Assembly (NCBI RefSeq): GCF_000400465.1
Contig: NW_008806290.1
Coordinates: 90,001-122,000 of the forward strand
Length of the DNA: 32,000 bases
Source: Wallemia ichthyophaga EXF-994
Taxonomy: Eukaryota > Fungi > Basidiomycota
Reading direction: 5' to 3'
Of this stretch, positions 10,433 through 19,919 are shown in pieces (position 1 is the first letter of the stretch; each line of letters begins with the position of its first letter). The notes beneath the pieces are model-generated. The model made no database searches and was not told the origin of the DNA. It was given only the letters and a program-made list of their open reading frames with translations. The translations under genes were made by a program, and so were the position numbers.

Positions 10433-12781
10433 ATGGACAATCGCAGAGTACGGCGTTTGGAGGAGGCGGTAGTAAACAGAATAGCGGCTGGAGAGGTGTG
10501 GTATGTGCTTGCGTGTATTTTTCCATCTCACAGGCCTAGATTATCCACCGACCGGCAAACGCAATCAAAGAGATGTTGGAGAACTCTCTCGATGCAGAAT
10601 CTACGAATATAAAGGTTACGGTGAAGGATGGTGGCCTGAAGCTCCTTCAAATACAAGATAACGGTCGTGGGATTGATGTGAGCTGCAAGCTGCGTTACAG
10701 ATACACGCTCACATGCTGCCAGAAAGAAGACCTGCCAATTCTTTGTGAGCGCTTCACAACCTCCAAAATACGCAACTACGACGACTTGCAATCAGTCTCG
10801 ACATTTGGCTTTCGCGGAGAAGCCTTGGCTTCGATATCACACGTCGCTCATGTCGCAATACTCACTAAACGCGACGGGGACAGCGCTGGATGGAAGTGGG
10901 TTTCGATTTTCTCGAATCTAACTGCGCTCATTACGTCCACTGTAGAACCGCGTACTCGGATGGTAAGCAAACCCAGGAATGCTCACCGGCAGCGGGTAAC
11001 AAAGGCACAACTATCACCGCTCACGACCTCTTCTTCAATGTTCCCCTGCGCAGACGTGCACTGAAGAATGCCAACGAGGAGTACACCAAGATTGTCGATG
11101 TCGTCACCAGATACGCCGTTCACTATCCCTCAGTTTCATTTGTATGCAAGAAGGTGGGTTTTTTTTTTTTATCTACAAGCACTATTTCTAACAAATCCAG
11201 GTTAATGCGAATGTCCCCGATATATCAACGCTCTCCAAATCATCCACACCGATGAACATAAAAGCATTATTTGGTCCACAAGTCGCGAAAGAGCTGCTAC
11301 GCTTTGAGACTGAAGATACACTTTTAAACTACAAATGCAATGGCTACGCAACATCCACCAATTACGCCAGTAAGCGAACAATAATGCTCATCTTTATCAA
11401 TCATCGTCTAGTAGACTGTCCTAGTCTCAAAAAGAGCATCGAAAACGCTTACAGTGCGCTCTTACCTAAAGGATCTCATCCATTTGTCTATTTGAGTCTA
11501 GAAATCCCTCCTAGCAACCTAGATGTGAATGTTCACCCTACGAAATCGCAAGTACATTTCATCGATGAGGATGACATCATAGAGCATATCACTGACGCAC
11601 TCAGCAACAAACTGTCGACGTGCAATACATCCAAGAGCTACGACGTGCAGACATATCTCCCAAAATCTAAGCCAGTGGCTCAGCTATCTAACGCTAGCTT
11701 TCTCACAAGCTTCGTTAAGCCACCGCCAAAATCTCAGATACGCACTGACGGAATGACAAGAACGCTTGATTCCTTTATACCAATTGCACAAACTCAATCG
11801 CCAGCACCGACGCAATCATCCACACCCGTCCATACATCTACTTCCAAGCAGACACCCTCTTCAACTCCTGTCAAGCGAACGGTAGAAGACTCTGAATCGC
11901 CTCGCTCATCAATAAAACACTCCCAATCAATTCGCACTCCAGTGGAGAAAATCAAAAGCAATAAAGTTAATCTTAGCTCTATACAGAAGTTACGTAAAAG
12001 TGTGCTAGACGATAAAAACCAGGATGCTATTAATATGGTCAAAAACCACACTTTTGTCGGATTCGTAGACGTTTCTAGACAATTGGTCTTGATTCAACAT
12101 AACACTGAGCTCATTATGCTCAATTATGATAAATTTGCGTAAGTTCTCAAGCTCTGGTTGACCTCCCCTTATTAAAGACGCGATAGGCTCGAACTCTTCT
12201 ATCAAATTGCCCTCAACCAGTTCGGGAATATGGCGAAATTTGAACTCAATCCACCTCCCAAAGTACGCACACTCATAGAAATAGCATTGAAGGTTGAAGA
12301 AAGCGCTATTGTGGAGTGTGGTGGTAGTTATAAGGAGGTTTTGGACAAGATCGTTAATATTCTTATTAGCAGAGCTACTATGTTGGAGGAGTATTTTGGC
12401 ATAAGGATTAGTCAGGAAGGTAATCTGGAACGCTTACCGCTGTTACTAAAGAACTATACGCCAAACATTGATGCATTGCCGACTTTGCTAATGAATCTAG
12501 GTCCTTTGGTGAGTTAATACTCTTCGTACAAATACCAACTAACTCAATGTGCTCAGGTTAATTGGGAGGAGGAAGAGGAGTGCTTTGATAATATACTCCA
12601 GCAAATCGCTGCATTCTATGTACCTTCTAAGCAAGACAATGACGCTGTTAGATGGCAGATCCAACACGTTTTGTTTCAATCAATAGCAAAGAATCTCGTA
12701 CCGTCACACGATCTAGCTCAGAACGCCATCACTCAAGTAACAAGCTTACCTGCCCTCTATAGAATATTCGAACGTTGTTGA
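10433..12781 (+). CDS. MLH1: DNA mismatch repair protein MutL homolog 1
   Basis: Spliced N-terminus RIAAGE|[19 protein letters not shown]; GHKL motifs DNGRGI, ERFTTSK and [11 protein letters not shown]; LDVNVHPTK; linker IRTD motif; diagnostic C-terminus RIFERC*. Six short introns. Confidence 0.96.
11159..11170 (+). repeat. T12 mononucleotide tract at the 5' end of an MLH1 intron
   Basis: Twelve consecutive T starting at +6 of the GTGGGT donor (11154). It is the longest homopolymer I saw in the window. Confidence 0.85.
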
Positions 12782-12881
12782 AGTTCACCGTGTATTTTTA
12801 CTTATATATTCATTATTTATAACAACATACTTTCTATCCTGGTAATTTTGCCATATTTGCTATTGAAAGAAATGAAAACTT

Positions 12882-14034
12882 TTACCATCCACGTTGGGCA
12901 AATTGACCACCCTTAAGGTTCCTGTCAACGTTGAGACCCACCATAGCCTCACCAAGACCTTCACTGACTTGAGCGAGCACCTTTGGATTCTGGTAGTGGG
13001 TTGTTGCCTGCACAATAGCCTTTGCACGCATAAGTGGGTTGCCTGATTTAAAGATACCGGAGCCAACAAAGACACCATCGCAGCCCAATTGCATCAGCAT
13101 AGCAGCATCAGCTGGGGTGGCCAAACCACCAGCAGCAAAGTTAACGACAGGCAATTTTTTCAGCCTTGCAGTTTCCTTGAGGAGGTGGTAAGGAGCCTGG
13201 AGTTCTTTAGCAAATGCATATAACTCCTCTTCTTCCATTGAGGAAGCTTTCCTTATGTCAGACATAAGTTGGCGCTCGTGTCTAACAGCTTCGACGACAT
13301 TTCCAGTGCCAGCTTCGCCTTTAGTTCTTATCATCGCTGCACCTTCGCTGATTCTTCTTAATGCCTCACCGAGGTTTTTACAACCGCAAACGAATGGTAC
13401 CTTGAATTGGTGCTTGTTGACTGTGTAAGGTTTGAATTGGCTGGGTTAATTCAGAGCTTTCCACTTACTGTGATGTTGCTCGTCTGCAGGTGTGAGTACT
13501 TCAGACTCATCAATGTAGTCAACGCCACATTCTTGGAGGATTTGTGATTCAACGAAGTGTCCGATACGAGACTTTGCCATGACAGGAACTGAATATAATT
13601 GTTAATTGTACCAGCCTTGCTAAATATACGACGTACTGGTTACAGCATCAATAATCTCCTTGATCAAAGCAGGGTCAGACATTCTCGCCACACCGCCCTC
13701 TTGACGAATGTCAGCTGGTACACGTTCAAGTGCCTTTTATTGAATCAAATCAGATTAATCCCTTTAGCTTCTGAGTGGCACACACCATAACAGCACATGC
13801 ACCGGCTTCTTCAGCGATACGAGCTTGTTCAGCGTTAACGACGTCCATAATAACACCACCCTTAAGCATTTGTGCAAGTCCTTGTAAAACGTGAGTCATT
13901 GATGATGCCACACTTGCACATCACTCACCACTCTTCACTGAAAATGTACCAATGCTGGTATCACCACCCTTTCCATTCTTTTGCGTTGATTGACCACCAG
14001 TTGGTCCTACGATTGTTGGATTTTCTGCAGACAT
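12882..14034 (-). CDS. SNZ1: pyridoxal 5'-phosphate synthase subunit (PDX1/SNZ family)
   Basis: Spliced motifs [63 protein letters not shown] and [11 protein letters not shown]; ends RGW*. Four introns. Confidence 0.96.
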
Positions 14035-15673
14035 TGTGATTGTTGTCGATAGAAGCCTTCTGAGTCACCGCTGATTAATTCGAGGGTCTTGAAGGGAAAA
14101 ATTGTTGCCAAGTTTCAGCGAGATCAATTTAACTAATATCCAAACCAACATCTTATCTTCTTTGCTACTCATCGTGATACCGACGGCAAATATTACATAT
14201 GGCGCATGATGCCGCGGTTTAGCGATAAAACATTTCGCGCATATTTTGTTCTACATACTTTTCTCTACAGTCTACCTTCTTACTATCTAATCACTTTCAT
14301 GGTATTATATCACCGCAATATCTTGTCACATCAATTATCTAGCATACAGAGCGTAATTCTTGTGACTTTCACGTTGTATTTATATACAACACAATATCTT
14401 TAAAAAGCAATGAGGATTCAAGAACAAAAACGTCATTTACAACAAAGGGGCCGTTCTCCGCTAATTACATGTTCACTCACGAGTTTGTCAAAGCACCTCG
14501 ATGAATTGAAAGTTGAGCAATATTGGTACCATTCTGTAGCGATTGTGTTCTTGACATATTCGAGAGTGGATTCATCTTGAACAGTGTAGTGATGTCCTCT
14601 TTACTAGTACAGATAGATCTTACTTGTTACAGGGAGTATAGCTTGGAAACTAATACGAAAATCCTAATACATTGCCTTCTACGATTTCAACGCAGTCTAA
14701 ACCTCTTTCACTTCCGTATTGAATGAAATTTCGAAATGCACCAAGTGAAGCCAAAGTCGCGATTTCAGAGTGGGGCTAACCCCTTTTTGTTTGCATAAAC
14801 CGAATGTGCCAGTATGCAATGAGCTGGGATGATAATACTTTTCCTGGAGCCAATTATCCCGTGGATTTTAATCGTTGTAAAACGTAAATCGCGTTTATAA
14901 AGCCGACTATTTGAGCAACGTAATTGCTCGTAGTCTCAATCAGCTGAAAATGTTTGTTATTTTACGGAATAAGCGCGTAAGAGTCTCCATAATAGCGTGC
15001 TCTAGAGCGACTTTGATTCCAACTTCCGAATAGCCTACTACAGGGCGGTAATCGAGGCACAAGGATAGAATTTTGATAAGACCTTATAAAGCTTATTCGG
15101 GAATATTTAGAAAGCTTTTTATTTGGAGATCATCACAACTCGTTAATCAGCCATCTGAGATGATATAAATGTTAGTCGAGTAATTCAACTCGGTGCATAT
15201 TGAAGTACATTTGATATGGCAATGTAGCTGAAGCGATGAGGGTGCCGCGAGAATTATCGTGTGGCTAAATTATAAAAATTTTCAGCACATCGAATGTCTG
15301 CGTTCGTCTCATCACTTACTCAGTCATTTGGAGGAAGTCTTGTGCAAATAAATTCAATAATAAGTAAGTGATAGCACAAAAATAACTTTATAACCTGCCT
15401 TTACATCCCTTAAACACAACTTAATGTCATCAGATTGAACATTTGTGAGGTGCGAGGGGAAAAATGTATTGGGAATTAAATCCATTCGCTAATAAATGTC
15501 TTTACACCATAGCTAGCTACTCAAATACGTTGTGATATCATGTATCATTATACATTAGCAAAGAAAATATAAATCCTATTAAAGATCGTTTGATAAAATG
15601 AAAACAGAAGAGACATGTGGTTTAGCTGACAAGTCAACTTGAGTTGTCTCGTCTGCTATGGACAGATAGACTG
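14035..15673. other. 1.64-kb region without a recognisable protein-coding gene
   Basis: Only ORFs under 70 aa with no recognisable motifs. It is about ten times longer than any other intergenic gap in the window. Confidence 0.6.
14061..14067. promoter_or_regulatory. Gcn4/CpcA (AP-1-type) site TGAGTCA about 27 bp upstream of the SNZ1 ATG
   Basis: Exact consensus match. Yeast SNZ1 is an established Gcn4 target, but a single 7-mer is weak evidence on its own. Confidence 0.35.
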
Positions 15674-16491
15674 TCAGGTATATGATGACGTAATTATGCG
15701 TCCTTCGAATAACGATTTACTCATGACAGCATCACCGTAGAGCTCAACCTGATGGATAATATCGCCATTATTCACCATTACTTTCTTCTCCTCATCGCTG
15801 TTTTGTGGCGTGCGCAGAAGCAGCTCAATTGACTTGTGCAAAGGACTTTCAAGCTGAAAGATGGCGTGCTTCTCACTCTGTACTTGTGGTAATTGACGCA
15901 GAATAGAACTATAGAGGAAAACGGATGCCTGGAGAGCGGTGTCATTACATAGTAACGTTAAAGCTTTAACGCCTTGAACGCCATTGGTGTGCTCTAAGCT
16001 ATCTGGGACGCGTAGCTTCCGAGGAGTTTTGTCGCCACAATAGAAAGGAATGGAACCACGTGGATAATGCTTGTGGGGGAAAGAGACAGACCATTGAATG
16101 CGCGTACCATCAGCCAATAACCTGCCGCCATCGATGGGTTCGTCGTAGAACTCTTCAATACCGGTTTCACCGCGCTTTACGCCAAGACAAGCCCAGTCAA
16201 TCCAACCTGGAAGCTTATCGGCCCAGAAGTGGGAATGTTTTTTGGATGAATCAACAAAAGCAATGAGCTCGATATAGACGCCGTCGCGAAGCTGCATGGA
16301 AGTTTGAGAGAGTAATTGGAATGCTGAAGGACACCTACGACAAGAAGCATATTCTCCGTTCGGCCGTCTGCGTGTGTCCCACCATTCTGGACAGTGAAAC
16401 CAGCAGCGGTGAAGTTGGCAGCAACAGCATTTAGATCAGCACAAAGAAATACCAGATGATCGAGTACATTTGGTTTTACTGGAAGAGACAT
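15674..16491 (-). CDS. glyoxalase-like domain protein (VOC fold, Glyoxalase_3-type)
   Basis: Start MSLPVKPNVLDHLVF; family motifs LDHLV, GGTHADGRTENMLL and GVYIELIAF are joined by intron 16292-16338. Later G.R....IQW and P.GSIPFYCGD.TPRKLRVP. Confidence 0.8.
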
Positions 16492-16547
16492 ATCGTGGCA
16501 GTTTGGGTGCAACAGAGTGACGTCGCTTGATCAGTTACAATCACGAG

Positions 16548-19500
16548 ATGCGGATGAAAGGCGGGAATATTCGTCGGTATTCCACAGCGCACTCCTACAA
16601 GCACACTGTCACTCTCCCAAAAACTAATTTCCCTTTACGGGCGGATCACGCTTCGTTATCAAGATACACGGATATTACAACAACAAATCTCTACAACTGG
16701 CAGAGTAGAGAAGTTGACAAAGATCCTTTCATTCTCCACGATGGCCCTCCTTACGCTAATGGCAATCTCCATATGGGCCACGCACTCAACAAAATACTTA
16801 AAGATATCATTCTCAGGTACAAGCTCATCACTGGTAGCTCTGTACACTACCACCCTGGCTGGGACTGCCATGGCTTGCCTATTGAATTAAAAGCCCTCGA
16901 ATCGCTATCGAAAGGCGGTCAGAATGGTCCACTGGGTGATGCTGTCGCGGTCAGACGCGCTGCTCGTGACACCGCATTAGACAGTATCCAAGTACAGAAG
17001 ACCGAGTTTGCTCAATTTGGTTTACTCGCAGATATGCGCAATCAAGACACGACTTACCGCACTCTCGACCACCAATATGAGATGCGCCAGCTGAATCTAT
17101 TCAAAGATCTTGTTAAAAATGGTAAGCATGCTAAATTTTATCTGGTTTGCTCACTCTAACATTCTCGAGGCCTCGTTTATCGCGCTTTCAGACCTGTTTA
17201 CTGGTCACCGTCCTCTCAGTCGGCATTGGCGGAGGCTGAGTTAGAATACAGCGACACACACACTTCCTTATCACTCTATGTAGCTTTTCCTGTAGTATCC
17301 AAGTCACAGGCTCTCAGTGATGCTCTCCACAACCATAACCATCCCATCAAGCTGCTCTGCTGGACTACTACACCTTGGTCGCTCGTTGGTAATATGGCTG
17401 TATGCGTACATCCTGATCTCAATTATGGAATTGTCGAAACAGACAGTAGCGAGAGATATATCGTAGCAATTGACAGATTGGAAGCAATGAGGCATATATT
17501 GGGTGACTTCAAAGTCATAGCTACAATATCAGGCGAGCAGCTGGTCGGATGCACATACACGCCACCCTTCCATGCACAAAATGCTATTCCGCCCGCTTTC
17601 CCACTTCTCGCCGCGCCTCATGTCAGCGCGGATACCGGAACTGGGTTGGTGCACACAGCCGCTGCACATGGGCACGATGACTACATAGCGATCCAAAATG
17701 AGCTCAAAAAGCATAGCCAAGGTGGACCTGCAGAGCACAATGATAACCTGCACGTAGCAGCAGCGCACTCGCACTCGCAACCGATTCTCAACCCTGTTGA
17801 TGACAAGGGTAGATTCGATAGTGTGGCGGTAAGGCATATCTGTGGTCAGCACGATGGGTCTGTCCTGGATGGGTTGGAGTGTTTGGGCAACGGCAGCACT
17901 CAAGTCGCTCGCTTACTCGAAGAGCGCGGGGGATGGATAGTGCAGAAGGAACGCATCAAGCATCGTTACCCACACGACTGGCGCACTAAACAGCCGATCT
18001 TGATCCGGTGAGTTGTTTGTATCAGCCGAGACGACCTGCTAACTCAGGTGCAGATCCACCTCTCAATGGTTCGCTAATGTCGACAGACTCAAAAGCAAGG
18101 CGGTCGCTGCGCTCGATAATGTCACTTTCATCCCACATACCGGCCGACAGCGCCTGGAGGCGTTCGTGATGGGGCGGTCCGAGTGGTGCATATCGCGACA
18201 ACGAGCTTGGGGTGTACCTATACCGATTCTGTTTGACGAGGGAGGCGAACCACTGCTAGATGAGGGAGTGCTCATGCACACACTGCACATACTCAACGAA
18301 AGAGGTGTCGATGCTTGGTGGACAGACCCAGCATCAGACTTTGTCCCTGCCAACATAACGCAGAGTGTATTTAAAGGCGCAGATACTATGGATGTATGGT
18401 TCGATTCTGGGACGTCTTGGATGGGGATGAACGAAGGAACTGCGCAGAGAGCAGATGTATATCTCGAAGGCTCTGATCAGCACAGGGGCTGGTTCCAGAG
18501 CAGTTTGCTGACGGCAGTTGCCGCGGGCAAGGGTGCACCCTACAAGACACTCATCACACATGGCATGGTCGTCGATGAGCTCGGACGTAAAATGAGCAAG
18601 AGTCTGGGCAATGGGTTGAGTCCACTTGATATCATTAACGGGACTAAGGTGTGTATAAGACTTACAGGTTGGTTTTTATTTAATTCCATCCAGTCTCTTC
18701 CTAAATACGGACCAGACGTGCTCAGATTCTGGGCGGCGTCGGTCGAGTATACCAAGGATGTGCCTATCGGGCCTACAATCGTTGCGCAAGCGTCAGACTC
18801 GCTCAAGAAGATAAGGAACGCTGCGAGATTCATACTAGGCAATCTCAACTCAAGAGACGCTTCGGTGGTTGAAATAAGCGAGAATGATGTCAACTTGGGC
18901 CTCGTGGGTTGATGCGTCACAATATACACTAAGACTCATAAGACATTAAACAGATGGACAAATGGATGCTCCACCAGCTGGCTAAGCTCGATCAAACGTG
19001 TAGATCAGCTTACGAAGAGCACATATTCAGCAAGGTTGTACAGGCTTTGCTTAACTTTACGAGCGGGCCGCTAGCTACATACTTTGAAATAGTCAAGGAT
19101 ACGCTGTACAATGACGAGGCTGGGTGTTTCGATCGACGCAGTGCAATACATGTGCTCAATAGAGTGGGTTGATGTGCATCCCATACGTTCTCCTAACAAC
19201 AGCTAAACAATTCAGACGCTCGACACACTCTCGAAAGCTGTATCACCTATTGCGCCATACTTATCTGAAGAGATACACGGTCACAACAAGCAAAGCAGCG
19301 ATAGTATTTTTACGAAAGAGTGGAAACCATTAGTAAGTATTTGTGGTATTTTACATCCTTAATTCACATGTCGCTCAGGGTGGTATTACATACGAAGAGG
19401 CTGCTCAGCCTGCAGCTGTAGTTCTGAAATGGCGAGCCGAGGTACTGGCGCAGCTTGAAGTACTGCGTTCAGAAAAGTATGTAATGAAACCAAGTAAACC

Positions 19501-19891
19501 AAATGAAACACAATCTAACAAACCATTCAGAATAATCAAAACCTCAGCCGAAGCCACAGTCGATGTATTTATTGGCGAGGAGTGCGATAATACGGTTAAA
19601 TTGGTGGCAGATACCATGCGTACGTGTTTTTCTTTGGATAAAAGCCTCATCTGAAACTTTTCAGACTCACAACTGGCAAAATCGTTCGTCGTTTCGTCGG
19701 TCCAAGTGCACAGCGTGGAGAATATGAGTGGTGGGTGCGTTTTACTAGAAGGTTTTGCGCTGACAAAGATTTAAGACGTGCGTATAAGCGTGCGCAAAAG
19801 TGAAAAAGAAAAATGCCCGCGCTGCTGGTCATTTAACAGAGCTTCAACACAGGAATTATGCGATAGATGTGCTAGTGTGATTAAACAATAA
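16548..19891 (+). CDS. ISM1: mitochondrial isoleucyl-tRNA synthetase
   Basis: Short basic presequence MRMKGGNIRRYST; LPKTNFPLRA, HDGPPYANGNLHMGH (HIGH-like), PGWDCHGLPIE, WCISRQRAWGVPIP, EGSDQHRGWFQS and KMSKS; C-terminal zinc finger CPRCW...LCDRC. Multiple short introns. Confidence 0.93.
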
Positions 19892-19919
19892 GGTGGTTAT
19901 TTATAAAATGCATTGATTA

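Noticed and set aside
14410-14580. 56-codon + strand ORF (MRIQEQKRH...) and other small ORFs in the gap (14206-14403, 14523-14726)
   Set aside because: No recognisable motifs or convincing exon chain; within the range expected by chance.
14986-15055. Faint resemblance to SSU rRNA (ATTCCAGCTCCAATAGCG; GCGGTAAT)
   Set aside because: Short, gapped and out of order; consistent with chance.
14035-15673. Decayed SNO1/PDX2 gene opposite SNZ1 (yeast-like SNZ-SNO pair)
   Set aside because: I found none of the glutaminase motifs (GVLALQG, PGGEST, GTCAG, FIRAP, FHPE) on the + strand.
14035-15673. tRNA, spliceosomal snRNA, TPP riboswitch or RNase P/MRP
   Set aside because: No T-loop GTTCRA cloverleaf, no U1 ACTTACCTG, U2 GTGTAGTA or U6 ACAGAGA, and no TPP core. 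GCCTTTAC (about 15398) and GGAAGTC (about 15333) are only partial matches.
18009-18054. Tandem acceptors (CTCAG|GTGCAG) in an IleRS intron as alternative splicing
   Set aside because: The first AG is only about 4 nt after the CTAAC branch point. The second AG restores the family text ILIRSTSQWF, so single use is likely.
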